From Patescibacteria group bacterium (lineage in GTDB: Bacteria > Patescibacteriota > Microgenomatia > UBA10105 > UBA927), in NCBI GenBank assembly GCA_023379025.1, contig JAMCTH010000009.1:5092-69091 (forward strand): a stretch of 64,000 nucleotides of DNA. The letters are read 5' to 3'. Position 1 is the stretch's first letter; each line of letters opens with the position of its first letter. The notes under the pieces were generated by a model. That model saw nothing but the letters and a program-made list of their open reading frames with translations, ran no database searches and was not told the origin of the DNA. Shown in pieces: positions 40,450 through 50,826 of the stretch. A program made the position numbers and the translations under genes.

Positions 40450-41595
40450 ATGGACATCCTGGCTATTGAAACATCCTGTGACGAAACTGCGGCGGCGGTA
40501 GTGAGAGACGGAACGATGGTGCGCTCGAGTTGCGTAGCCTCCTCAACCGCCATGCATGAAAAATACGGCGGCATTGTCCCGGAAGTTGCCGCGCGGGAAC
40601 AACTCCGTTGCATTCTTCCTGTCATTCAGGAAGTTCTCTCTTTTTTCCATCAATGTGACAATGTGACAATGAAACAATGCATTTCAAATCATATTGATGC
40701 CATCGCTGTCACCGTCGGCCCCGGACTCATTGGGAGTCTTCTTATCGGTGTGGAAGCGGCAAAAACCATGGCCATGATCACCGGTAAACCGGTTATTCCG
40801 GTCAATCATGTTCTGGCGCACATGTATGCAAATTTTGTCCGGGACAGACAAAACGGAAAATCACAAATCACAAATCACAATGACCAAACAATGAAACAAT
40901 GTAACAATGAAACAATTCAATTCCCTGCTATTTCTCTTGTCGTTTCCGGCGGTCATACGGAACTATATCTCATGAAATCAGAAAAAAGTCTCCGGTGGCT
41001 CGGAGGGACGCTGGATGATGCGGCCGGCGAATGTTTTGATAAAACGGCACGACTCCTCGGGTTTGGCAACCGGGGCGGACCGGCAATACAGGAAGCAGCA
41101 GAAAAATGCCAAATACCAAATATCACATACCAAAGTACATTGCCCAGGCCAATGATAGGAGAAGATTCAGTAAATTTTTCGTTCAGCGGACTCAAGGCTG
41201 CTGTGGTACGTGAGGTAAACAGCCTGAAAGAAAAACAACAATGTAACAATATAACAGTGAAACAATTATCTTCCGAGATCCAGGAGGCCATCACTGACGT
41301 GCTGGTCAATAAAACCATGAGAGCGGCACAAAAGTATAACGCAAAATCTATCTTGATTTCCGGCGGCGTTGCCGCCAATCTGCGCCTCCGGGATAAATTT
41401 GCTTCAGCAATTCAACAATGTGGCAATGTACCAGTTGAGCATAGACCAGCTCTACGGATACTGCTTTATGTCCCGCCAATAAGCTTATGTACGGACAATG
41501 CCGTCTATATCGCCTCCTATGCGTATTTCCGGGGAAAACCGGTCCCATGGAATAACATTACGGCAAAACCCGATCTCTCCGTGGAAGTTCGGTAA
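40450..41595 (+). CDS. tsaD: tRNA t6A threonylcarbamoyltransferase TsaD, with repeat-derived insertions
   Basis: LAIETSCDET, GGIVPEVAAR, GPGL, NHVLAH, VSGGHT, DDAAGE.FDK, FSFSGLK, GGVAAN and CTDNA motifs. Confidence 0.95.
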   Translation: MDILAIETSCDETAAAVVRDGTMVRSSCVASSTAMHEKYGGIVPEVAAREQLRCILPVIQEVLSFFHQCDNVTMKQCISNHIDAIAVTVGPGLIGSLLIGVEAAKTMAMITGKPVIPVNHVLAHMYANFVRDRQNGKSQITNHNDQTMKQCNNETIQFPAISLVVSGGHTELYLMKSEKSLRWLGGTLDDAAGECFDKTARLLGFGNRGGPAIQEAAEKCQIPNITYQSTLPRPMIGEDSVNFSFSGLKAAVVREVNSLKEKQQCNNITVKQLSSEIQEAITDVLVNKTMRAAQKYNAKSILISGGVAANLRLRDKFASAIQQCGNVPVEHRPALRILLYVPPISLCTDNAVYIASYAYFRGKPVPWNNITAKPDLSVEVR

Positions 41596-41702
41596 TGGCC
41601 GGCTTGCCGCAATACACCAAGCCCGATACAATAGGAGCGTACCGGGAAGCGTGCTGCCGGAGGAGAAACTTGCGCAGATTACCCGGAGCCCCTGTCTGCT
41701 TT

Positions 41703-44030
41703 ATGGAAAAAACATACAATCCGAATGATGCCGAAAAACGTATCTACCGCATGTGGGAAGACGGCGGATACTTTACTCCGCGCATGACCCGGGGCAAGCC
41801 CCCATTTTCCATTCTTCTTCCCCTGCCCAACGCCAACGACCCGATGCACATGGGACACGCGATGTTCACGGTACAGGATATCCTCATCCGCTACCACCGC
41901 ATGCTCGGCAACCCTACTCTCTGGCTTCCGGGCGGCGACCACGCCGGCATAGAAACGCAGTATGTGTTTGAAAAAAAGCTGGCAAAAGAAGGAAAGAGCC
42001 GGTTCCAGTTCGACCGCGAGACACTCTATCGGATGATCGAAGCATTTGTCGAGCAAAACAAAAATATTAACCGCGATCAGATGAAACGCCTCGGGTTTTC
42101 CATGGACTGGACGCGCTACCGGTATTCGCTCGATCCGGATATTGTCGCCGTAGTATGCGATACATTCCGGAAACTGCATGCCGATGGCCTCGTCTATCGT
42201 GATGCCAGACTTGTCAACTACTGCACCAAAGACGGTACGGGCTTTTCGGATCTTGAGGTCAAATATGTCGAACGGACGGATCCCCTGTATTACATCAAAT
42301 ACGGTCCGTTTACCATCGCGACGGTCCGTCCGGAAACAAAATTCCGAGATACGGCACTCGCCGTGAACCCCAAGGACAAGCGGTACAAAAATATCATAGG
42401 AAAAGCCTATGACATTCCGGGTCTGCTGGGGCCGATACACATGACCGTTATCCCGGACCCGGAGGTTGATATGTCTTTCGGTACCGGCATCATGAAGGTC
42501 ACGCCGGCGCATGACCCGCATGACTTTGACCTCGGGAAAAAATTTAATCTTCCGGTTACTCCGATTATCACACATCTCGGACGTATGGATTTTTCCTGGT
42601 TCCTTGCCAAAAGGGATGGTGATCCGAAATTTCGTGCCCGCGCAGAAAAATATCATAACAAAAAAGTTGCGGAGGCCCGTCTTCTCATGATTGAGGATCT
42701 GAAAGAAGACGGCCTCCTCGTTAAAACCGACGAGGAATACTCACACCGGATCGGCACCTGTTACCGGTGCGGCTCTATCCTTGAACCACTCCCGATCCCC
42801 CAGTGGTATGTACGCACAAAAACATTAGCAATGCCGGCAATACAAGCAGTGAGGGCCGGAAAGACAAAAATTGTTCCCAAAAAGCGGTTTGAAAAACTGT
42901 ATTTTGACTGGCTCAAAAATATCACCGACTGGAACATCAGCCGGCAGATCGTCTGGGGTCCGAGAATTCCGGTCTGGTATTGTCTAGACTGTAATTCCCA
43001 AATCTCCCTCACGTTTGTGGATGCGGACGGCAACAAAATTACCGGAAGGGCCGGAGAACTTCTGAAAACCCATACATTCTCCGGGATTGAAAAAGGTCTT
43101 CAATCGCTCAGTGCTCCTCTCGGAGCGTCGTATTCACTGGATAGTCATTGCGGGGCCTGCCATGGGGACCATATTCTCCAGGAAACGGATACGTTCGACA
43201 CCTGGTTCCTTTCAAGCCAGTGGCCGATCACGACACTGGGCTATCCCGACGGCAGGGACTTCAGATATTTTTACCCGACGTCCGTTCTCGACACCATGTG
43301 GGATATATTGTTTTTCTGGGTTGCCCGCATGATGATGATGGGTCTCTATCGGACCGGTAAAGTGCCGTTTCAGGTCATCCATCTTCACAGCCGCGTCGTC
43401 GATGCACACGGCCAAAAAATGAGCAAATCCAAAGGCAACGTCATGAACCCCATAGACATGGTGGAAAAATACGGCGCTGACGCCCTGCGGTTTGCGCTCG
43501 TCTTCGGGGCTGCTCCCGGAAGCGACATCGCGATATCCGAAGACAAAATCCGCGGTATGCGCAACTTTGCCAATAAGCTGTGGAATATCGGCCGGTTCAT
43601 AACCTTTGCAATACAATCCATCGAAAAACCCCGGGACGGACAATCCGCAGGTGTCCCCATCCCCTTTTATGACGAAACCATGCATAAGGGGTTAAAAAAC
43701 CCCGGTGATACACGCATGATTTCCGAGCTGAACATGCTTGTTGCCGGCGTTACTCACCATCTGGAACGATACCGGTTCTCCGATGCCGCCCAATCGCTCT
43801 ATGATTTTACCTGGCACCGGCTCGCAGACACATATCTTGAGGAAAACAAGTCGCGGTATCAAAACGGAGACAGAGAAGCGTTGGCAGTACTCCGGCATGT
43901 CTATCTCACGATCCTCAAACTGCTCCATCCGTTTATGCCGTTTGTGACGGAAGAAGTCTGGAGCATGATACCCCGAAAACATACGGAGCCGCTCATCGTA
44001 TCGCGATGGCCTGTTCCGGAACAAAAATAA
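41703..44030 (+). CDS. valS: Valyl-tRNA synthetase (short, no C-terminal coiled coil)
   Basis: HMGH, DHAGIETQ, ATVRPET, KVTPAHD, DWNISRQI.WG, DTWF.S, DILFFWVARM and KMSKS motifs. Confidence 0.95.
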   Translation: MEKTYNPNDAEKRIYRMWEDGGYFTPRMTRGKPPFSILLPLPNANDPMHMGHAMFTVQDILIRYHRMLGNPTLWLPGGDHAGIETQYVFEKKLAKEGKSRFQFDRETLYRMIEAFVEQNKNINRDQMKRLGFSMDWTRYRYSLDPDIVAVVCDTFRKLHADGLVYRDARLVNYCTKDGTGFSDLEVKYVERTDPLYYIKYGPFTIATVRPETKFRDTALAVNPKDKRYKNIIGKAYDIPGLLGPIHMTVIPDPEVDMSFGTGIMKVTPAHDPHDFDLGKKFNLPVTPIITHLGRMDFSWFLAKRDGDPKFRARAEKYHNKKVAEARLLMIEDLKEDGLLVKTDEEYSHRIGTCYRCGSILEPLPIPQWYVRTKTLAMPAIQAVRAGKTKIVPKKRFEKLYFDWLKNITDWNISRQIVWGPRIPVWYCLDCNSQISLTFVDADGNKITGRAGELLKTHTFSGIEKGLQSLSAPLGASYSLDSHCGACHGDHILQETDTFDTWFLSSQWPITTLGYPDGRDFRYFYPTSVLDTMWDILFFWVARMMMMGLYRTGKVPFQVIHLHSRVVDAHGQKMSKSKGNVMNPIDMVEKYGADALRFALVFGAAPGSDIAISEDKIRGMRNFANKLWNIGRFITFAIQSIEKPRDGQSAGVPIPFYDETMHKGLKNPGDTRMISELNMLVAGVTHHLERYRFSDAAQSLYDFTWHRLADTYLEENKSRYQNGDREALAVLRHVYLTILKLLHPFMPFVTEEVWSMIPRKHTEPLIVSRWPVPEQK

Positions 44031-44059
44031 CGGCGCTTCCTCTGTTCCGGTGCGGCTGC

Positions 44060-45088
44060 CTATTGCGTGGATGCGCCTCCTGTTGAAGCAGTTGCTTCCG
44101 GAGGCTGCGGCGTAAGAGGTCGCGGCAGGGCAGTCGCCGGTGCCGCCGGAGGGAACGATACGGTCTTCACAATTTCATCAAACAGAGCATCATCCGCCGT
44201 CCAGTCGGCATTGACTCCGGAAGGAGTAAAATGGTTAATCTCAAGCGTCAATCCATCCCGGCCCGGTATCATGATCCCGCGCATCTGGGCAAATGCATAG
44301 CCTCCGCCTGTCGTCCCGGTAAACAAGCCTGAAAACTCAAGCGCAGGACCTGCAGACCCGGTCGCAACCGTTGCAGGTTGCATGGTAAATGCGCGTCCTC
44401 CGGAATCCGTAAGTATTGCGCCCGCAGAAACGGCGGGCAAAAGCTCTCCGGATCCCCGTGCGGCAACGGTAAACCGCGTCCCTCCGGGCAGATACGTCCC
44501 CTCCGAAGCGCAATTGGCGCCGTCGCATATGGGTGGAGCGACGTCCGGCGGCAGAAGAAACGTGAGACCCGTTATGGGCAGCCGGGTCGCTCCGCTCACG
44601 ACGGAGTAGGACTTCCAGTTGCTGTGGGGGTTCATCTTCGCCGCCGCTCCTGATTGTGATGCCGTACTCCCGGCCGCAGATGACTGTCGTGGTTGCTCCG
44701 AAGGAGCGGAACCCGGCATAGAGCGCCGGACGACCGTACTGAGCCACACCCCTCCGGCAAAAAGAAGAACAAGGATAAGAACCGTCAGAACCTTTTTGCC
44801 GAAAGACGCGGGGGAGATGCCGCTCTTTCCCGGTGATACCGGCGGCGGCAGAGGTGATTCTTCGGGCTGCGGATCGCTTGGCGCAGGAGAGCTATTTCCC
44901 AAAGATAACGGCGCAGATGCCTCAGGCGGCGATGAAGCGCTTTCCGGAGAGGGATCAGCAATAGGCTCTATAATCGGCGTTTCTTCGTACTCAAGCGTGG
45001 TCTTCGGATCGGAAGAAGTCTGATCCGGCGCGCCGGCCTCCTCCCGTGCATGCTGAGGTATATCATCCATATCATGATATTGTTTCAT
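44060..45088 (-). CDS. Hypothetical membrane-anchored protein with Pro/Ser-rich N-terminal tail
   Basis: Acidic/Pro-rich tail, single TM, extracellular domain with CDGANC; start overlaps the PP2C stop. Confidence 0.65.
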   Translation of the reverse strand: MKQYHDMDDIPQHAREEAGAPDQTSSDPKTTLEYEETPIIEPIADPSPESASSPPEASAPLSLGNSSPAPSDPQPEESPLPPPVSPGKSGISPASFGKKVLTVLILVLLFAGGVWLSTVVRRSMPGSAPSEQPRQSSAAGSTASQSGAAAKMNPHSNWKSYSVVSGATRLPITGLTFLLPPDVAPPICDGANCASEGTYLPGGTRFTVAARGSGELLPAVSAGAILTDSGGRAFTMQPATVATGSAGPALEFSGLFTGTTGGGYAFAQMRGIMIPGRDGLTLEINHFTPSGVNADWTADDALFDEIVKTVSFPPAAPATALPRPLTPQPPEATASTGGASTQ

Positions 45089-45819
45089 CTGGACGACTGC
45101 CCTGTCAATGAAGAACCGGACGCTATCTTTTTTATAATGCAGATACTCATGTTATCCGATCCTCTGTTCTCACGCGCTTTTCTGATGATGTTGCCTGCAG
45201 CCGCGGCGACATGCTGGCTCGTATCGCCCGTCAGCCTGAGTAATTCCGATACTTCGCGGTCCGTTACCGCATTCGTTATTCCGTCCGTTGCCATACAGAG
45301 CGTATCGTTGACGAGAAAATCCCCCGTCCGGAAAGCCGGGAACAGTCCGAAGCGCTGCGTGCCGAGTGTTTTTGTCAGATACCCCTCCGCATCAACGTCG
45401 TTCTCCGTAAGTTTTTCCAGCTGTCCGTCAGAATAGCGGAAAACGGCCGTATCCCCGACGCTTCCCACCCAAAACGTGCGCGTTCCGACCATGACAACGG
45501 AAAGGGTTGTGGCAAGGCCGTCTCCATACCCCTGTTCCCGTCTTTTCTGCCAAACGGCGATATTGGTGGAACGGAAAATTCTGTTCATAAAGAGCTTTTT
45601 ATCCCGCCAGTATGAATGACGGAGCCTGATCTGGCGGTACCCCCAGATTGCGGTATCTCCTGCGAGTTTTGCCGCCGCAGCGCCGTGAGGCATACCGCCC
45701 ACCCCGTCTGCAAGCGCAAAACATTCATCGTTATAATTGGCAAAATAATCCTCCTGGGTCGCTCTGGACCCGATATCCTGGTGCGCCGCGAACAGAACCG
45801 TATACTTCGGCAGCATCAT
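45085..45819 (-). CDS. PP2C-family Ser/Thr protein phosphatase
   Basis: R..QED, LADGVGG, ATT, VGD, TDG and GSDNMS motifs. Confidence 0.88.
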   Translation of the reverse strand: MMLPKYTVLFAAHQDIGSRATQEDYFANYNDECFALADGVGGMPHGAAAAKLAGDTAIWGYRQIRLRHSYWRDKKLFMNRIFRSTNIAVWQKRREQGYGDGLATTLSVVMVGTRTFWVGSVGDTAVFRYSDGQLEKLTENDVDAEGYLTKTLGTQRFGLFPAFRTGDFLVNDTLCMATDGITNAVTDREVSELLRLTGDTSQHVAAAAGNIIRKARENRGSDNMSICIIKKIASGSSLTGQSSR

Positions 45820-46045
45820 GCTCGTCGTATGAAAATCGGTGATCACCATACCATGAAAAACGGCGGTCCGGGGTCTCCGTGTCCCGGATGTACCTGATTG
45901 TATACCAGCGGCGTCCGAAACAAAAAACCTACAGCCATTCTCCGTATGCCGCCCGGAAGGATTATCCCTATACCGGACGTACGACGCATCTTTTTGCCCA
46001 AACAGGGCAAAGAAAATTCTGTCTGTTCGGTATATAATGTGAGCC

Positions 46046-48304
46046 ATGCCGCCACGGAAAAAAATCTTCGCCGCCAAACCGTTTCCCCTGCTTCCAAAAC
46101 CATCCGGAGCCGGGGGCATCCGCCGGTTTTTCCGGCAATCCCGGATCTACCTCTTTTGGCTCCTTCCGATCGCCATGATTGCTTTCTCGTATCTTACGAT
46201 CTTTAAAGACCTTCCCTCTCCGACGAAACTCGGCGCGTACGACATCCCCATATCCACCAAAATCTATGACCGGAACGGGACACTCCTCTATGACATCTAC
46301 GCCAATCAAAACCGTTCCACCGTTCCCCTGTCCCAGATTCCCGGGTATGTCAGGGATGCAACGATCTCGATCGAAGATAAAAACTTTTATACGCACGGGG
46401 GCATCAATCCGATCGGCGGCATGCTGCGGGCCATGGTGGCAACCGTTACCGGCGGGCAACTTCAGGGCGGCTCAACCATTACCCAGCAGCTCGTCAAGTC
46501 AGCGCTCCTCACGCCGGAACGGACGATAACCCGGAAAATCAAAGAAATCATCCTTGCCTCATGGGTGGAACTCCTTTACCCCAAGGACAAGATTCTGGAG
46601 ATGTACCTGAACCAGGTGCCGTACGGCGGTACCGCCTGGGGAGTGGAAACCGCAGCGGAAAAGTATTTCGGCAAGCCGATCAGAGACGTGGACCTGGCCC
46701 AGGCTGCTCTCCTCGCCGGCCTGCCGCAGGCGCCGACGCTCTATTCCCCCTTCGGCGCGCACCCGGAACTTGCGAAGGAACGCCAGAAAGAAGTGCTCAC
46801 CCGCATGACCGAGGACGGATACATCACCAAGGCCCAGGCGGATGCGGCATTTGCGGAAAATCTTGAATACAAACAGACCGAAAATATCAAAGCACCGCAT
46901 TTTGTCATGTACGTCAAGGAACAGCTCGTCGACCGCTACGGCGAACGCATGGTCGAGCAGGGGGGGCTCAAAGTGACGACAACGCTCGATGAACAGCTAC
47001 AGGAATATGCGCAGGCAACCGTTGCGTCCGAAATCGCCAAACTCAAAGGGCTCCATGTCGGGAACGGGGCAGCACTGGTCACGCGCCCGGCAACCGGCGA
47101 GATCCTGGCGATGGTCGGATCCGCCGACTATTTTGCCACTCCGTCCGGCAGCTTCAACGTCACGACGGCACTGCGGCAACCCGGATCATCGATAAAACCC
47201 ATTAATTACGCCATCGGCATAGACAAGCATATCGTGACGCCTGCCACGATGTTTCTGGATGTTCCGACCTGTTTTGCCAATATCAACCAGCCCGGCTACT
47301 GTCCGCACAACTATGACGCCAAGTTTCACGGCCCGGTACAACTCCGGTTTGCGCTCGGAAACTCCTTTAACATTCCGGCGGTTAAAATGCTCTACCTCAA
47401 TACCGTCCGTGATATGGTCGCCTCGGCAAGCGCATTCGGCATCACCACATTCACGGATCCGTCCCGCTACGGCCTCTCGCTGACGCTCGGCGGCGGCGAT
47501 GTCCACATGACGGATATGGCCACGGCTTTCGGCGTGTTTGCCAACGGAGGTGTCCGCAAGAACCTCGTTTCCATCCTGAAGGTCACGGATAAAAACGGCA
47601 AAGTACTCGAAGAGTACAAGGATCCGAACCTCGGCCGCGACATTCCCTCACAGCTGCTTATTTCCGGACCGAGAGTCCTTTCCCCGGAAACCGCATTTCT
47701 CCTGTCGCATATTCTCCTTGATAACAACGCGCGTTCCGAGGAGTTCGGCACGGATTCTTCCCTGGTTATCCGCGGACATCCTGCTGTCTCGGTCAAGACC
47801 GGAACGACCAACGATCTCCGCGACAACTGGACGATCGGCTTTACACCGCAGTTTCTGGTCGCGACCTGGGTCGGCAATGACGACAACTCACCGATGAACC
47901 AATCCCTGGTATCCGGCATTACCGGCGCAGCGCCCATCTGGAACAAACTCATGAGCAAAGTCCTCGAAGGGCGCCCCGATATCTGGCCGAACAAGCCGGA
48001 CGGCATTGTGGGCGCACAAATCTGCGCCGTTTCAGGGCTCCTTCCGCCGAACCCCGATCCCAATGCCGGCGACAAGGGGTGCCCGACGCGGTTCGAGTAT
48101 TTCATCAAAGGTACGGTACCGACCGAGCGGGAAACGCTGGCGCGCCCGGTGCTTATAGACAAGACTACCGGAGACATTGCGCCGCCCGGTAAAACGGATA
48201 ATGTGGAGACTGAGACCCACCAGGTGCTTACGGACCCGACCGGAGCCCAGTGGTGCCTGGACTGCCCGCATCCGCCGGATGAGCAGCCGCAGGTATTAAA
48301 ATAA
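46046..48304 (+). CDS. Class A penicillin-binding protein (PBP1A family), copy 1
   Basis: EDKNFY.H.G, GGSTITQQL, RKIKE, SSIK (SxxK), SFN and KTG motifs. Confidence 0.93.
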   Translation: MPPRKKIFAAKPFPLLPKPSGAGGIRRFFRQSRIYLFWLLPIAMIAFSYLTIFKDLPSPTKLGAYDIPISTKIYDRNGTLLYDIYANQNRSTVPLSQIPGYVRDATISIEDKNFYTHGGINPIGGMLRAMVATVTGGQLQGGSTITQQLVKSALLTPERTITRKIKEIILASWVELLYPKDKILEMYLNQVPYGGTAWGVETAAEKYFGKPIRDVDLAQAALLAGLPQAPTLYSPFGAHPELAKERQKEVLTRMTEDGYITKAQADAAFAENLEYKQTENIKAPHFVMYVKEQLVDRYGERMVEQGGLKVTTTLDEQLQEYAQATVASEIAKLKGLHVGNGAALVTRPATGEILAMVGSADYFATPSGSFNVTTALRQPGSSIKPINYAIGIDKHIVTPATMFLDVPTCFANINQPGYCPHNYDAKFHGPVQLRFALGNSFNIPAVKMLYLNTVRDMVASASAFGITTFTDPSRYGLSLTLGGGDVHMTDMATAFGVFANGGVRKNLVSILKVTDKNGKVLEEYKDPNLGRDIPSQLLISGPRVLSPETAFLLSHILLDNNARSEEFGTDSSLVIRGHPAVSVKTGTTNDLRDNWTIGFTPQFLVATWVGNDDNSPMNQSLVSGITGAAPIWNKLMSKVLEGRPDIWPNKPDGIVGAQICAVSGLLPPNPDPNAGDKGCPTRFEYFIKGTVPTERETLARPVLIDKTTGDIAPPGKTDNVETETHQVLTDPTGAQWCLDCPHPPDEQPQVLK

Positions 48305-48356
48305 CGCAACTCCCCTCTTGTTTCAGTCCCATAGGATATGGTATAACGCCTGCACG

Positions 48357-50777
48357 ATGATACGGAAAGCCTCAAGACACAAGCTAAAACAAAACAATGA
48401 TACGCTTTTTATTGATATCCTCTTTTTTCCATTCTGGGTCCTCATCCAGATCGGAAACCTGATACGGTCGTTCTCCGGGACGGTTATACAGTCGTCTCTT
48501 GCCGGCATGCGGACCTTCCGTCACAACGCGGCAATCCGCTCGCAGGCGATTCTCTATGAATTCCAAAAACAACGGCCGCGGATGCCTGCGGGGAAACGCG
48601 TCAGAAAAAAAGGGGCCGCCGCAGGGCGGACAACCGGTTGGTTTTCCCTGCCGGCGCACGGGGTAAAGACATTCCTCCGGCTGCCCGGCGCCGGTGTCTT
48701 GCGGACGCTCAAGAGGTTTTTCACGGTGTTTGTGCGGCAACTGTCGGAACGGCTACGCCGGATCCGGCTTTTCTACCGGAGGAAAAAAACGCAGCAGCGC
48801 CCCGTCAACCTGCCCGACGAGCTCAAATGGTTTGCGATCGGTATCCTCGCGACCACGCTCTTTGTCGTCATCCCGTTCACGGGCTATACCTGGATTGCAT
48901 CCCTGCCGAATCCGCACCTGCTGACGCAGCGCGACATCGAAGTGACGACAAAAATTTTTGACCGGAACGGCAATCTCCTCTATGAAATTTATGCGGACCA
49001 GAACAGGACGCCGCTCCCGCTTGCCGAAATTCCGCTCCCGATGCAGGAAGCGACCATCTCGATCGAAGACAAAAATTTTTACCACCACGACGGATTTTCC
49101 GTCACCGGCATGCTCCGAAGCCTCAAGGAAATTATCTTTAATCATCAGGTTCAGGGCGGGTCAACCATTACCCAGCAGCTCGTCAAATCCGCCCTGCTCA
49201 CCCCGGAAATAAGCATCACCAGGAAAATCAGGGAGCTTGTGCTGTCCGTCTGGGCGGAACACATCTATACGAAAAATCAGATACTGGAGATGTACCTGAA
49301 CCAGGTGCCGTACGGCGGTACCGCCTGGGGAGTTGAGGCGGCCAGTCAGACGTATTTCGGCAAACCTGCCAGGGACCTCTCCCTTGCGGAAGCGGCACTT
49401 CTTGCCGGACTTCCCGCAGCGCCGACGGAATACTCGCCCTACGGCGATCACCCGGAAAAGGCATTTGAACGCCAGGCGGAAGTACTCAGGAGAATGACTG
49501 AAGACCGCTACATAACGCCCGCGGAAGAACGCGAGGCGCTCGCCCAAACCATCCATTTTGTTCCTCCGAAGACCGGCATCCGGGCGCCGCATTTTGTCAT
49601 GTACGTCAAGAACCTTCTGGAACAGAAATACGGAGCCAGACTGGTAGAACGCGGCGGACTCCGGGTAACGACATCGCTTGACCTCACTATCCAGGACGAA
49701 ACGGAACAGATCGTCAATAATACTGTCGATGCGCTCGCAAGCCTCCGGGTCGGCAACGGTGCGGCACTCGTAACGGATCCGAAAACCGGGGAAATCCTTG
49801 CCATGGTGGGAAGCCGGGATTATTTTGACATCGCCCGCCAGGGGAACGTCAACGTCACGACGGCGCTCAGACAGCCGGGATCCTCCATAAAAGTCGTCAA
49901 TTATGCGGCAGCGCTTGAAAACGGATTTACCGCAGCCAGCCTCATCGATGATGCGCCGGTTATCTACAACATCCCGGGCAGTGCCCCGTATGCCCCCGTC
50001 AACTATGACGGCAAATTCCACGGCATCGTGCCGCTCCGCTATGCGCTTGGCAATTCGTTCAATATCCCTGCCGTCAAGGTGCTCTCCAACATCGGCGTCC
50101 AGACCATGATCGATAAAGGGAAAGCCATGGGGATCACCTCCTGGACCGATCCGTCTGCATACGGCCTCTCGCTGACGCTCGGAGGAGCCGACGTCACCAT
50201 GCTTGATATGGCACGGGTATACGGGACGCTTGCGAATCTCGGCAAGCGCGTCGACCTCCTCCCCATCCTGAAAGTCACCGACTATACGGGAAAAGTGCTC
50301 GAAGACAACCGGCCGGCCGATCCCATACCCGCAGTCCGTCCCGGTGTTGCATGGATTCTCGGAAATATCCTGAGCGACAATGCTGCCAGGATCATAGAAT
50401 TCGGACCCAATTCCCCCCTGGTTATCCCGGGAAAGACGGTATCCGTCAAAACAGGGACGAGCAACGACAAACGCGATAACTGGACCATCGGCTATACACC
50501 CTCCTACGTTGCGGTCGTGTGGGTCGGCAACAATGACAATTCACCGATGAACCCGTACCTGGCGTCCGGTATCACGGGAGCGGCTCCCATCTGGCATGAC
50601 ATCATGAGTTTTCTCCTCAAAGACCGCCCCGATGAACCGGAACCGGAACCGGAGGGCATCGTCTCCGTCCCCTGTTATTACGGACGGGTTGAATATTTTC
50701 TTGAAGGCACCCAGCCGCCCGGAGGACACTGCGCGCCGATCCCCACTCCCAGCCCGACCCCGACGCCCAACCCTTAA
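48357..50777 (+). CDS. Class A penicillin-binding protein (PBP1A family), copy 2 with basic N-terminal extension
   Basis: Same transglycosylase and transpeptidase motifs as copy 1; long Arg/Lys-rich N-terminus. Confidence 0.92.
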   Translation: MIRKASRHKLKQNNDTLFIDILFFPFWVLIQIGNLIRSFSGTVIQSSLAGMRTFRHNAAIRSQAILYEFQKQRPRMPAGKRVRKKGAAAGRTTGWFSLPAHGVKTFLRLPGAGVLRTLKRFFTVFVRQLSERLRRIRLFYRRKKTQQRPVNLPDELKWFAIGILATTLFVVIPFTGYTWIASLPNPHLLTQRDIEVTTKIFDRNGNLLYEIYADQNRTPLPLAEIPLPMQEATISIEDKNFYHHDGFSVTGMLRSLKEIIFNHQVQGGSTITQQLVKSALLTPEISITRKIRELVLSVWAEHIYTKNQILEMYLNQVPYGGTAWGVEAASQTYFGKPARDLSLAEAALLAGLPAAPTEYSPYGDHPEKAFERQAEVLRRMTEDRYITPAEEREALAQTIHFVPPKTGIRAPHFVMYVKNLLEQKYGARLVERGGLRVTTSLDLTIQDETEQIVNNTVDALASLRVGNGAALVTDPKTGEILAMVGSRDYFDIARQGNVNVTTALRQPGSSIKVVNYAAALENGFTAASLIDDAPVIYNIPGSAPYAPVNYDGKFHGIVPLRYALGNSFNIPAVKVLSNIGVQTMIDKGKAMGITSWTDPSAYGLSLTLGGADVTMLDMARVYGTLANLGKRVDLLPILKVTDYTGKVLEDNRPADPIPAVRPGVAWILGNILSDNAARIIEFGPNSPLVIPGKTVSVKTGTSNDKRDNWTIGYTPSYVAVVWVGNNDNSPMNPYLASGITGAAPIWHDIMSFLLKDRPDEPEPEPEGIVSVPCYYGRVEYFLEGTQPPGGHCAPIPTPSPTPTPNP

Positions 50778-50826
50778 CGGCTGACGGTTGGAGGAGAACC
50801 AGCGCCCCGGTTCCGTCTCTGAAAGC

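Noticed and set aside
41604-41702. Possible Val-sensing leader or T-box upstream of valS
   Set aside because: A promoter (TTGCCG...TACAAT) and a roughly 65-nt leader with a weak CCGGG/CCCGG stem exist, but there is no Val-rich sORF, T-box motif or terminator. The 41595 ATG extension of ValRS is probably spurious.
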